From the IMG/VR virus record IMGVR_UViG_2681813154_000004: a stretch of 37,535 nt of DNA, one strand, 5' to 3'. The stretch is from a virus. Taxonomy: Duplodnaviria; Heunggongvirae; Uroviricota; Caudoviricetes. Of this stretch, positions 16,340 through 25,868 are shown piece by piece; the first letter of the stretch is position 1, and each line of letters opens with the position of its first letter. Below the pieces are notes generated by a model. It did no database searches, was not told the DNA's origin, and worked only from the letters and a program-made list of their open reading frames with translations. Both the position numbers and the translations under genes were made by a program.

Positions 16340-18069
16340 GCCGGAAATCTTACCCCAACGTAAATGCTGCCAATCAGTATGCCCGTGATGTCGTGCGCGG
16401 AAAGATTGTGGCCTGCCAGTTTGTGATTCAGGCCTGCCAGCGCCATCTTGATGACCTGATGGCGGAAAAAAGTAAGTCGTTTCGTTACCGCTTCGACAAG
16501 GACCTGGCTGAACGGGCCGCGAAATTTATTCAGCTGTTGCCACACACCAAGGGGGAGTGGGCATTCAAGAGGATGCCCATCACACTGGAACCGTGGCAGC
16601 TCTTTGTGATCTGCTGTGCGTTTGGCTGGGTCAATAAAGGCTCCCGGCTGCGCCGCTTCAGGGAGGTGTATACCGAAATCCCCCGTAAGAACGGCAAATC
16701 GGCAATCTCTGCCGGTGTTGCCCTGTATTGTTTTGCCTGTGATAACGAGTTTGGCGCGGAAGTGTATTCCGGTGCCACGACAGAGAAACAGGCGTGGGAA
16801 GTCTTTCGCCCGGCGCGACTGATGTGTAAACGCACACCCATGCTGACGGAAGCGTTCGGGATTGAGGTTAACGCCTCAAACATGAACCGTCCGGAGGATG
16901 GCGCGCGGTTTGAACCGCTGATCGGTAACCCCGGTGATGGTTCATCACCCCACTGTGCCGTGGTGGATGAATATCACGAGCACGCCACCGATGCGCTTTA
17001 TACCACGATGCTTACCGGGATGGGCGCGCGACGTCAGCCACTGATGTGGGCCATCACCACCGCCGGGTACAACATTGAGGGGCCGTGCTACGACAAGCGG
17101 CGGGAAGTTATCGAGATGCTCAACGGTTCGGTACCCAACGATGAACTGTTCGGGATCATCTATACCGTTGACGAAGGCGATGACTGGACCGACCCGCAGG
17201 TGCTGGAAAAAGCCAATCCAAATATTGGCGTGTCGGTTTATCGCGAATTTTTGTTAAGTCAGCAGCAGCGTGCGAAAAATAACGCCCGTCTGGCAAACGT
17301 CTTTAAAACAAAACACCTCAATATCTGGGTGTCGGCGCGTTCGGCGTATTTCAACCTGGTGAGCTGGCAGAGCTGCGAGGATAAATCACTGACCCTTGAG
17401 CAGTTCGAGGGGCAGCCGTGCATTCTGGCCTTTGACCTGGCGCGTAAGCTGGATATGAACAGCATGGCGCGACTTTATACCCGTGAGATTGACGGTAAAA
17501 CGCATTACTACAGTGTGGCCCCGCGTTTCTGGGTACCGTATGACACGGTGTACAGCGTCGAGAAAACTGAAGATCGCCGGACCGCCGAACGCTTTCAGAA
17601 ATGGGTGGAAATGGGCGTCCTGACCGTTACCGATGGTGCAGAGGTGGATTATCGCTACATCCTCGAAGAGGCCAAAGCGGCGAACAAAATCAGCCCGGTC
17701 AGCGAGTCACCCATCGACCCCTTCGGGGCGACCGGGCTCTCACATGACCTTGCTGATGAAGACCTGAATCCCGTCACTATCGTCCAGAACTTCACCAATA
17801 TGTCCGATCCGATGAAAGAGCTGGAAGCAGCGATTGAATCGGGACGTTTTCATCATGACGGCAATCCCATCATGACCTGGTGTATCGGCAACGTGGTCGG
17901 CAAAAACATGCCGGGTAACGATGATGTGGTGAAGCCTGTCAAGGAGCAGGCGGAAAACAAAATTGACGGTGCAGTTGCGCTGATTATGGCGGTTGGCAGA
18001 GCCATGCTGTACGAGAAAGAAGACACGCTGTCTGACCACATTGAGTCCTACGGGATCCGCTCGCTTTAA
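16336..18069 (+). CDS. Terminase large subunit
   Basis: 577 aa, start overlaps the terS stop; terminase ATPase/nuclease layout recognised. Confidence 0.9.
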   Translation: MSRKSYPNVNAANQYARDVVRGKIVACQFVIQACQRHLDDLMAEKSKSFRYRFDKDLAERAAKFIQLLPHTKGEWAFKRMPITLEPWQLFVICCAFGWVNKGSRLRRFREVYTEIPRKNGKSAISAGVALYCFACDNEFGAEVYSGATTEKQAWEVFRPARLMCKRTPMLTEAFGIEVNASNMNRPEDGARFEPLIGNPGDGSSPHCAVVDEYHEHATDALYTTMLTGMGARRQPLMWAITTAGYNIEGPCYDKRREVIEMLNGSVPNDELFGIIYTVDEGDDWTDPQVLEKANPNIGVSVYREFLLSQQQRAKNNARLANVFKTKHLNIWVSARSAYFNLVSWQSCEDKSLTLEQFEGQPCILAFDLARKLDMNSMARLYTREIDGKTHYYSVAPRFWVPYDTVYSVEKTEDRRTAERFQKWVEMGVLTVTDGAEVDYRYILEEAKAANKISPVSESPIDPFGATGLSHDLADEDLNPVTIVQNFTNMSDPMKELEAAIESGRFHHDGNPIMTWCIGNVVGKNMPGNDDVVKPVKEQAENKIDGAVALIMAVGRAMLYEKEDTLSDHIESYGIRSL

Positions 18070-18080
18070 CTGAGGTAATT

Positions 18081-18263
18081 ATGATCATGCTGATTCTCGC
18101 GCCTCTGGTGGGCGTGCTGGGTGCGCTTTTGCTGGCATATGGTGCCTGGCTGATTTATCCCCCGGCGGGTTTTGTTGTTGCCGGGGCGTTGTGCCTGTTC
18201 TGGTCGTGGCTGGTAGCGCGATATCTCGATCGTACACAGCTGTCTGTTGGTGGAGGTAAATAG
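18081..18263 (+). CDS. Small two-TM membrane protein between terL and portal
   Basis: GAGGT RBS; hydrophobic 60-aa ORF whose stop overlaps the portal start. Confidence 0.5.
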   Translation: MIMLILAPLVGVLGALLLAYGAWLIYPPAGFVVAGALCLFWSWLVARYLDRTQLSVGGGK

Positions 18264-19504
18264 TGTTCTTTTCGGGATTATTTCAACGAAAAAGTGACGC
18301 ACCGGTGACCACGCCAGCAGAGCTGGCGGATGCCATCGGGTTGTCCTACGACACCTATACCGGAAAGCAGATCAGCAGTCAGCGGGCCATGCGACTGACG
18401 GCGGTTTTTTCCTGCGTCAGAGTGCTGGCAGAGTCGGTCGGGATGTTGCCCTGCAATCTGTATCACCTGAACGGCAGCCTGAAGCAGAGAGCCACCGGCG
18501 AACGTCTGCATAAACTGATCTCCACGCATCCCAATAGCTATATGACGCCGCAGGAGTTCTGGGAGCTGGTGGTCACCTGTCTGTGCCTGCGGGGAAATTT
18601 TTACGCCTACAAAGTGAAAGCATTTGGCGAAGTGGCTGAACTGCTGCCCGTCGATCCCGGTTGTGTGGTACCGAAGCTTAACAGTAGCTGGGAACCGGTT
18701 TACCAGGTCACATTTCCGGACGGCTCCACGGATGTACTGAGCCAGGAAGATATCTGGCATGTGCGCACGCTGACGCTGGACGGTCTGGTGGGACTGAATC
18801 CCATCGCCTATGCCCGCGAGGCAATATCGCTGGCGGCAGCGACCGAAGAGCACGGGGCCAGACTGTTCAGCAATGGCGCGGTGACGTCGGGTGTGTTGCG
18901 TACAGAGCAGACGCTGTCGGATCAGGCTTATGAGCGCCTGAAGAAAGATTTTGAGGAGCGTCACACCGGGCTTGGCAATGCTCACCGCCCGATGATCCTT
19001 GAGATGGGGCTGGACTGGAAGTCGATGGCGTTGAACGCAGAGGACAGCCAGTTCCTGGAAACCCGCAAGTTTCAGCTTGAAGAAATCTGTCGTCTGTTCC
19101 GGGTGCCATTGCACATGGTGCAGAACACCGATCGCGCCACCTTCAACAATATCGAAGAACTGGGGCTCGGATTTATCAACTATTCACTGGTGCCGTATCT
19201 GACCCGCATCGAACAGCGGATCAACACCGGACTGGTACGAAAAAGTAAGCAGGGCGTTTATTACGCCAAATTTAACGCCGGGGCGTTACTGCGCGGGGAT
19301 ATGAAGTCCCGTTTTGAAGCCTACGCCACCGGGATTAACTGGGGAATTTACTCTCCCAATGACTGCCGCGACCTGGAAGATATGAATCCGCGTCCCGGTG
19401 GGAATGTCTATCTCACACCGATGAACATGACCACGAAACCCTCCGATGGCAGTAAAGCCGGTAAGCAGAAGGATAACGCCAATGCAGACGAAACAACGTC
19501 TTGA
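18263..19504 (+). CDS. Portal protein (HK97 family)
   Basis: GTG start after GGAGGT; 413 aa; position and sequence typical of HK97-type portals. Confidence 0.9.
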   Translation: MFFSGLFQRKSDAPVTTPAELADAIGLSYDTYTGKQISSQRAMRLTAVFSCVRVLAESVGMLPCNLYHLNGSLKQRATGERLHKLISTHPNSYMTPQEFWELVVTCLCLRGNFYAYKVKAFGEVAELLPVDPGCVVPKLNSSWEPVYQVTFPDGSTDVLSQEDIWHVRTLTLDGLVGLNPIAYAREAISLAAATEEHGARLFSNGAVTSGVLRTEQTLSDQAYERLKKDFEERHTGLGNAHRPMILEMGLDWKSMALNAEDSQFLETRKFQLEEICRLFRVPLHMVQNTDRATFNNIEELGLGFINYSLVPYLTRIEQRINTGLVRKSKQGVYYAKFNAGALLRGDMKSRFEAYATGINWGIYSPNDCRDLEDMNPRPGGNVYLTPMNMTTKPSDGSKAGKQKDNANADETTS

Positions 19505-20132
19505 TGTACCGCTGAGTCTGAAATCTGTCAGTGACTCCGGTGAGTTTGAAGGGTATGGCTCCGTCTTTGGTGTAAAGGACAGCCACGATGATGTGGTGAT
19601 GTCCGGGGCATTTGCTGCTTCCCTGCGGGCGTGGAGTGACAGAAAAGCGTTACCTGCGCTGCTCTGGCAGCACCGCATGGATGAACCCATCGGTGTTTAC
19701 ACCGAAATGAAGGAAGACGATGTCGGGCTTTACGTCAGGGGACGGTTGCTTATTGATGATGATCCCCTCGCAAAACGCGCACATGCACACATGAAGGCCG
19801 GTTCGTTAACCGGCCTTTCTATTGGGTACGTCCTGAAAGACTGGGAATACGACCGGAGCAAAGAAGCCTTTCTGCTGAAAGAAATCGACCTCTGGGAAGT
19901 CAGCCTGGTGACGTTCCCGTCTAACGACGAGGCGCGGATCAGCGACGTCAAGAACGCACTGGCCCGCGGGGAAATCCCCGAACAGAAAAAAATCGAAAGA
20001 GTCCTGCGTGATGTCGGACTCTCCCGTACCCAGGCCAAAGCATTCATGGCCGGGGGCTATGGCGCACTGTCCCTGCGCGACGCTGAGGATGTGGGCTCTG
20101 CACTGAATGCACTGAAAAATCTGAACTTCTAA
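19482..20132 (+). CDS. Prohead protease (HK97 type)
   Basis: Position between portal and major capsid; start taken at the ATG at 19482 (track ORF starts at 19446). Confidence 0.8.
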   Translation: MQTKQRLDVPLSLKSVSDSGEFEGYGSVFGVKDSHDDVVMSGAFAASLRAWSDRKALPALLWQHRMDEPIGVYTEMKEDDVGLYVRGRLLIDDDPLAKRAHAHMKAGSLTGLSIGYVLKDWEYDRSKEAFLLKEIDLWEVSLVTFPSNDEARISDVKNALARGEIPEQKKIERVLRDVGLSRTQAKAFMAGGYGALSLRDAEDVGSALNALKNLNF

Positions 20133-20146
20133 TCAGGAGAAATACG

Positions 20147-21352
20147 ATGGCGGTTGATATTAAAGATGTCGAACAGGTCGCGCAGGAGCTGCAGCAGAAG
20201 TTTGACGACTTCAAAGCAAAGAACGACAAGCGCGTGGATGCGATTGAGCAGGAAAAAGGCAAGCTTGCCGGGCAGGTGGAAACCCTGAACGGGAAACTCA
20301 GCGAGCTGGAAAATCTCAAAAGCGACCTTGAAAAAGAGCTGCTTGAGCTGAAACGTCCGGCAGGTGGTGCGCAAAATAAACTGGCCACCGAGCATAAAGA
20401 GGCGTTTGTGGGCTTCCTGCGTAAAGGCCGTGAAGACGGTCTGCGCGATCTGGAGCGTAAGGCATTGCAGGTGGGTACCGATGAAGACGGTGGCTACGCC
20501 GTGCCGGAAGAACTGGATCGCAACATTCTTAACCTGCTGAAAGATGAAGTGGTGATGCGTCAGGAAGCCACGGTGATCACCGTTGGCGGTTCCGACTACA
20601 AAAAACTGGTGAATCTGGGCGGTACGGCTTCCGGATGGGTGGGGGAAACGGATACGCGATCCCAGACTGCCACCTCCAGACTGGAGCTGATTGAACCTCT
20701 CATGGGGGAAATTTACGGCAACCCGCAGGCTACCCAGAAAATGCTGGACGATGCCTTCTTCAACGTGGAGGCCTGGATCAACAGCGAGCTGGCAACCGAA
20801 TTTGCCGAACAGGAAGAAATTGCCTTTACCTCAGGCGATGGCACCAAGAAGCCGAAAGGGTTCCTGGCGTATGAATCCACTGATGAAACCGACAAGGTCC
20901 GGGCGTTCGGCAAACTTCAGCATATTGTATCCGGCGAAGCGACCGCGGTGACCGCAGACGCCATTATCAAACTGATTTACACGCTGCGTAAGGCACACCG
21001 CACTGGCGCGAAGTTCATGATGAACAACAACAGCCTGTTTGCCATCCGTCTGCTGAAAGACACCGAGGGTAACTATCTGTGGCGTCCTGGGCTGGAACTG
21101 GGGCAGCCATCCTCTCTGGCGGGTTACGGTATCGCTGAAAACGAGCAGATGCCGGATATTGCCGCGGATGCGAAAGCCATTGCATTTGGTAACTTCAAAC
21201 GGGGTTACACCATCGTTGACCGTATCGGTACCCGCATTCTTCGCGATCCGTACACCAATAAACCGTTTGTCGGTTTTTATACCACCAAGCGCACCGGCGG
21301 CATGCTGGTCGATTCGCAGGCCATCAAACTGCTGAAGATTGCAGCGGCGTAA
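20147..21352 (+). CDS. Major capsid protein (HK97 fold) with N-terminal coiled-coil delta domain
   Basis: 401 aa; N-terminal about 100 residues coiled-coil-rich; AGGAG RBS. Confidence 0.9.
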   Translation: MAVDIKDVEQVAQELQQKFDDFKAKNDKRVDAIEQEKGKLAGQVETLNGKLSELENLKSDLEKELLELKRPAGGAQNKLATEHKEAFVGFLRKGREDGLRDLERKALQVGTDEDGGYAVPEELDRNILNLLKDEVVMRQEATVITVGGSDYKKLVNLGGTASGWVGETDTRSQTATSRLELIEPLMGEIYGNPQATQKMLDDAFFNVEAWINSELATEFAEQEEIAFTSGDGTKKPKGFLAYESTDETDKVRAFGKLQHIVSGEATAVTADAIIKLIYTLRKAHRTGAKFMMNNNSLFAIRLLKDTEGNYLWRPGLELGQPSSLAGYGIAENEQMPDIAADAKAIAFGNFKRGYTIVDRIGTRILRDPYTNKPFVGFYTTKRTGGMLVDSQAIKLLKIAAA

Positions 21353-21359
21353 TCACTCA

Positions 21360-21385
21360 GGGGCGCGGAACCGCGCCCCCTGTTC
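21360..21385 (+). terminator. GC-rich hairpin after the capsid gene (attenuator or RNA-stability element)
   Basis: GGGGCGC-GGAACC-GCGCCCC; weak T tract after it. Confidence 0.4.
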
Positions 21386-21401
21386 TGACGGGTGAAGAAT
21401 C

Positions 21402-21602
21402 ATGATCCTGAAACAAGATCTGAAATGGTCACCGGACGGTATGCGTGTTGATGTCATTCGGGCCGGTGAGTATGACGACGGGACGCTTCCTGCCCGGGTG
21501 CAGGAGATTGCACTTCAGGCCGGGTTAGCAGAGCGCGGAACCAGTGCAAAAAGCAGTAAAGCGACAAAAGAGAAAAAAGCCACGACCAGTAAAGAGGGCT
21601 GA
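21402..21602 (+). CDS. Hypothetical small head-module protein (66 aa)
   Basis: ORF with RBS; position after the major capsid gene. Confidence 0.45.
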   Translation: MILKQDLKWSPDGMRVDVIRAGEYDDGTLPARVQEIALQAGLAERGTSAKSSKATKEKKATTSKEG

Positions 21603-21604
21603 GT

Positions 21605-21928
21605 ATGCTTCTGACAATGGAAGAGATTAAAGCCCAACTCCGGCTGGATGAGGATTTCGATGCTGATGACCGCCATCTGCAACTGCTGGCCTGTGCGGCG
21701 CAAAAGCGGACGGAAACGTATCTGAACCGGAAGCTCTATGCTCCGGATGAAACCATTCCGGACAGCGATCCGGACGGGCTGCACCTGCCGGATGATATTC
21801 GTCTGGGGATGCTGATGCTTATCAGCCATTTTTACGAAAATCGCTCGTCGGTTACAGACGTTGAGAAAATGGAGTTGCCAATGAGCTTTAACTGGCTTGT
21901 CGGCCCGTACAGGTATTTCCCGCAATGA
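21605..21928 (+). CDS. Head-tail connector protein (gp6-like)
   Basis: Size, acidic composition and position typical of gp6-like connectors. Confidence 0.7.
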   Translation: MLLTMEEIKAQLRLDEDFDADDRHLQLLACAAQKRTETYLNRKLYAPDETIPDSDPDGLHLPDDIRLGMLMLISHFYENRSSVTDVEKMELPMSFNWLVGPYRYFPQ

Positions 21929-22335
21929 AAATTCGTCAGGCGCAGACCAGCGCAACCTACATTCTGCCGGACCCCGGTGAACTGAATAAACGCGTCCTGA
22001 TCCGCCAGCGGGTGGATATGCCCGCGGATAACTTTGGCGTGGAGCCTCAATACCCGGTTGCGTTCCGGACATGGGCGAAGGTTGTCCAGACCAGTGCCAC
22101 CACCTGGCAGGAAACCGCGCAGACCGGGGACGCCATCACCCATTACATCACCATTCGTTACCGCCGGGGGATCACCGCTGATTATGAGGTGGTCTGCGGT
22201 GACAGTGTGTACCGGGTGAAACGTCAGCGCGATCTGAACGGGGCGCGGCGCTTTCTGCTGCTGGAGTGTACGGAGCTGGGCGAATGTAGGCAGAGTCACG
22301 GAGGCAACAATGACGACTTCCTTTTTGCACGTTGA
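21925..22335 (+). CDS. Head closure / head-tail adaptor protein
   Basis: Position and size; overlaps neighbours at both ends. Confidence 0.65.
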   Translation: MKIRQAQTSATYILPDPGELNKRVLIRQRVDMPADNFGVEPQYPVAFRTWAKVVQTSATTWQETAQTGDAITHYITIRYRRGITADYEVVCGDSVYRVKRQRDLNGARRFLLLECTELGECRQSHGGNNDDFLFAR

Positions 22336-22878
22336 TTTTCAGCAGCCCGCGGAGATGCGCTTTAACCGCGCCCGTGTCCGGCGGGCGTTTGTCACGATTG
22401 GTCAGCGTCATATGCGTGATGCCCGTCGGCTGGTGATGCGCCGTGCGCGGTCGGCAACGGGTGAAAACCCCGGTTATCAGACCGGACGCCTGGCTCGTTC
22501 GATTGGTTACATGGTACCCAGAGCCAGTAAACATCGCCCCGGTTTTATGGCACGTATAGCCCCTAACCAGCGTAATGGAGAGGGAAACCGCCGTATCACC
22601 GGTGATTTTTATCCGGCTTTTTTGTTCTATGGCGTGAGGCGAGGGGCNNNNNNNNNNNNNNNNNNNNNNNNNNNNNNNNNNNNNNNNNNNNNNNNNNNNN
22701 NNNNNNNNNNNNNNNNNNNNNNNNNNNNNNNNNNNNNNNNNNNNNNNNNNNNNNNNNNNNNNNNNNNNNNNGTAATAACTTCATGGTGGAAACGCTTGAA
22801 AAGAACCGCAGCTGGACACGCTATTTTCTGGCGCGGGAATTGCGTAAATCACTGAAGCCGGAGCGACGACACAGATGA
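22310..22878 (+). CDS. HK97 gp10-like tail-component protein, interrupted by the assembly gap
   Basis: N-terminal part reads through to the N run; after the gap the frame ending ...LKPERRHR with a TGA overlapping the next ATG is the plausible C-terminus, so the gap length is not frame-preserving. Confidence 0.55.
22638..22771. other. Assembly gap (134 N)
   Basis: Uninterrupted run of n in the sequence. Confidence 0.99.
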
Positions 22879-23435
22879 AACTGACGCCTGTTATTGCTGC
22901 ACTGCGTGCCCGCTGTCCGTATTTTGAAAACCGGGTGGCAGGCGCGGCCCAGTTCAAAAATCTGCCGGAGGTCGGAAAGCTGAGACTCCCGGCGGCGTAT
23001 GTGGTACCGGGTGATGACTCTCCGGGAGAAAACAAAAGCCAGACCGACTACTGGCAGGAGCTGAAAGAGGGCTTCTCCGTGGTTGTCATACTGAGTAACG
23101 GGCGTGATGAGCGCGGTCAGTTTGCCTCGTATGATGTGGTGGACGATGTCCGGCAGATGCTCTTTAAGGCTCTGCTGGGCTGGAACCCGGAGGCGTGCGG
23201 TAACCCGATTACCTATGACGGCGGCACGCTGCTGGATCTGAATCGTCATGAGCTGATTTATCAGTTCGATTTTTCGGTCATCAGCGAGCTGACTGAAGAC
23301 GATACCCGCCAGCAGGATGATCTGAACAGTCTGGATGAACTGCAAACGCTGGCGATTGATGTTGATTATCTCGAGCCCGGTAACGGGCCTGACGGCGATA
23401 TCGAACATCACACCGAAATAACCCTTCCTTCCTGA
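22875..23435 (+). CDS. Putative virion morphogenesis / tail completion protein
   Basis: 186-aa ORF between head-completion genes and the tail sheath; family not firmly recognised. Confidence 0.5.
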   Translation: MKLTPVIAALRARCPYFENRVAGAAQFKNLPEVGKLRLPAAYVVPGDDSPGENKSQTDYWQELKEGFSVVVILSNGRDERGQFASYDVVDDVRQMLFKALLGWNPEACGNPITYDGGTLLDLNRHELIYQFDFSVISELTEDDTRQQDDLNSLDELQTLAIDVDYLEPGNGPDGDIEHHTEITLPS

Positions 23436-23443
23436 GGATCCTC

Positions 23444-23614
23444 ATGTTTGTCAAACCTGTTAAAGGGCGGTCAGTTCCTGACCCTGCCCGCGGCGACCTT
23501 TTGCCCGCCGAGGGGCGAAATGTTGATGAGAACAACTACTGGCTGCGCCGTGAAGCAGCGGGTGATATCCGGCGCGTGAATAAAAAGGTGAATACCGATG
23601 ACGATAAGCTTTAA
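23444..23614 (+). CDS. Small protein (56 aa), DUF2635-like, missed by the 60-aa ORF cutoff
   Basis: ATG at 23444 after GAGGA; MFVKPVKGRSVPDPARGDLLPAEGRNVDENNYWLRREAAGD...; stop overlaps the sheath start. Confidence 0.55.
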   Translation: MFVKPVKGRSVPDPARGDLLPAEGRNVDENNYWLRREAAGDIRRVNKKVNTDDDKL

Positions 23615-25094
23615 CACCATTCCGTCGAATACGCTGGTTCCGTTGTTTTATGCGGAAATGGATAACCAGGCGGCGAATACTGCACAGGACAGCGGAGCAT
23701 CGCTGCTGATTGGTCATGCCAATAACGGTGCAGAGATTGTTGCCAACAGTCTGGTGCTGATGCCATCGGCAGACTATGCACGCCAGATTTGTGGTGCGGG
23801 AAGTCAGCTGGCGCGTATGGTCGAGGCTTATCGCCAGACCGACCCGTTTGGTGAACTGTATGTGATTGCCGTTCCTGAATCCACGGGCGCGGCGGCAACA
23901 GTTACGCTGACGGTGACCGGCGCGGCAACCGAAACCGGCACGGTGAATGTTTATGTGGGACGTACCCGCGTGCAGGCACCGGTGACCAACGGCGATAACG
24001 TCGCGACGATTGCCAGCAGTATCCAGGATGCCATCAATGCCGTTCCGCCCCTGCCGTTTACGGCTTCATCTTCGGCAGGCGTGGTCACACTGACCGCGCG
24101 TCATAAGGGGCTTTGCGGGAATGAAATTCCTGTCAGCCTCAATTACTACGGCTTTGGTGGGGGCGAAGTGCTGCCAGCGGGCGTACAGATTGCCGTGGCG
24201 ACGGGTACCGCCGGAACGGGCGCTCCTGTTCTCACCGGCGCGGTGGCTGCAATGGCGGATGAGCCGTTTGATTATATCGGCCTGCCGTTCAACGACACGG
24301 CCTCCGTTAACACGCTGGTGACCGAGATGAACGATACCAGCGGTCGCTGGAGCTATGCGCGTCAGCTGTATGGTCATGTGTACACGGCAAAGATCGGCAC
24401 GCTGTCAGAACTGGTGACCGCAGGTGACCAGTTTAACCAGCAGCACATTACCCTGGCGGGATACGAAAAAGAGACCCAGACGCCTGCCGACGAGCTGGCG
24501 GCAAGCCGTACCGCCCGCGCAGCGGTGTTTATTCGCAACGATCCGGCACGTCCCACGCAGACCGGTGAGCTGGTGGGTATGCTGCCTGCGCCGAAGGGGA
24601 AACGGTTCACGATGACCGAACAACAGACCCTGCTGTCTCATGGCGTGGCAACGGCGTATGTCGAAAGCGGGGTGCTGCGCATTCAGCGTGATGTCACCAC
24701 GTACAGGAAAAACGCTTACGGTGTTGCGGATAACAGCTACCTCGACAGCGAGACGCTGCATACCAGCGCGTATGTACTGCGCAAACTGAAATCCGTCATT
24801 ACCAGTAAGTACGGGCGTCACAAGCTTGCCAGCGACGGTACCCGCTTTGGTCCCGGTCAGGCGATTGTCACCCCGGCGGTGATCAAAGGGGAACTGCTGG
24901 CAACCTACCGTCAGCTTGAGCGTGCGGGGATCGTGGAAAACTACGAACTTTTTAAGCAGTACCTGGTTGTGGAGCGTGATGCCAGCGATCCGAACCGCCT
25001 GAACACGCTGTTCCCGCCTGACTATGTTAACCAGTTGCGTGTCTTTGCCGTGGTTAACCAGTTCCGTCTTCAGTATTCAGAGGAGTCCGCATAA
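23598..25094 (+). CDS. Contractile tail sheath protein (Mu L-like)
   Basis: 498 aa immediately followed by a tube gene; N-terminus MTISFNTIPSN... as in Mu-type sheaths. Confidence 0.85.
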   Translation: MTISFNTIPSNTLVPLFYAEMDNQAANTAQDSGASLLIGHANNGAEIVANSLVLMPSADYARQICGAGSQLARMVEAYRQTDPFGELYVIAVPESTGAAATVTLTVTGAATETGTVNVYVGRTRVQAPVTNGDNVATIASSIQDAINAVPPLPFTASSSAGVVTLTARHKGLCGNEIPVSLNYYGFGGGEVLPAGVQIAVATGTAGTGAPVLTGAVAAMADEPFDYIGLPFNDTASVNTLVTEMNDTSGRWSYARQLYGHVYTAKIGTLSELVTAGDQFNQQHITLAGYEKETQTPADELAASRTARAAVFIRNDPARPTQTGELVGMLPAPKGKRFTMTEQQTLLSHGVATAYVESGVLRIQRDVTTYRKNAYGVADNSYLDSETLHTSAYVLRKLKSVITSKYGRHKLASDGTRFGPGQAIVTPAVIKGELLATYRQLERAGIVENYELFKQYLVVERDASDPNRLNTLFPPDYVNQLRVFAVVNQFRLQYSEESA

Positions 25095-25450
25095 TGGCCC
25101 GTATCGGGGGAACCTGTTATTTCAAAATTGACGGTCAGCAGCTATCGCTGACCGGCGGCATTGAGGTGCCCATGAACAGGACGGTCAATGATGACATCAT
25201 CGGCCTGGACGGTTCAGTGGACCGCAAGGAAACTCACCGTGCGCCTTATGTCAAAGGGACCTTCAAGGTGCCGAAGAATTTTCCGGTGAGCAAAATCACC
25301 TCGTCTGATGAGATGACCATCACTGCCGAGCTGGCGAACGGTCAGGTCTATGTATTGTCGTCCGCCTGGCTGCACGGAGAAGCGAACCATAATGCCGAAG
25401 AAGGCACGGTTGATCTTGAGTTCCACGGTGAAGAAGGGGATTACCAGTAA
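25094..25450 (+). CDS. Tail tube protein (Mu M-like)
   Basis: 118 aa after the sheath; ATG overlaps the sheath stop. Confidence 0.8.
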   Translation: MARIGGTCYFKIDGQQLSLTGGIEVPMNRTVNDDIIGLDGSVDRKETHRAPYVKGTFKVPKNFPVSKITSSDEMTITAELANGQVYVLSSAWLHGEANHNAEEGTVDLEFHGEEGDYQ

Positions 25451-25719
25451 TGAAAGAGCTTGAGTTAAAGAAACCGATTACCGCTCATGGCGAGACACTC
25501 TCCGTACTGGAGTTTGATGAGCCCACCGGGAAAGATGTCCGCGAGCTGGGGTATCCCTACCAGATGAATCAGGATGAGTCCGTCAGACTTCTGGCGCATG
25601 TGGTATCGAAATACATTGTGCGGCTGGCGAAAGTGCCGCAAAGCTCTGTCGACCAGATGTCTCCGGCAGACCTGAATGCAGCGGCGTGGCTTGTGGCTGG
25701 TTTTTTCCTCCAGGCCTGA
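25450..25719 (+). CDS. Tail assembly chaperone, short form
   Basis: 89-aa ORF between tube and tape measure; ends just after a TTTTTTC slippery heptamer. Confidence 0.7.
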   Translation: MKELELKKPITAHGETLSVLEFDEPTGKDVRELGYPYQMNQDESVRLLAHVVSKYIVRLAKVPQSSVDQMSPADLNAAAWLVAGFFLQA

Positions 25720-25868
25720 CGGCTGAATACCTCACTGATCGCTTCTTTGACTGCGCCAGTTACTGGCGCATTAATCCTTTCGAATTGCTGAATATGCCGA
25801 TCAGTGAAATTCCCTTACTGGTCAGTCAGGCAAACAGGATAGAGCAGGAGAAACGCACACATGGCTGA
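25450..25868 (+). CDS. Tail assembly chaperone, -1 frameshift fusion product (slip at T_TTT_TTC, 25701-25707)
   Basis: Frame 0 reads ...GFFLQA*, the -1 frame reads ...WFFPPGLTAEY... to a stop at 25868 that overlaps the tape-measure start. Confidence 0.6.
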
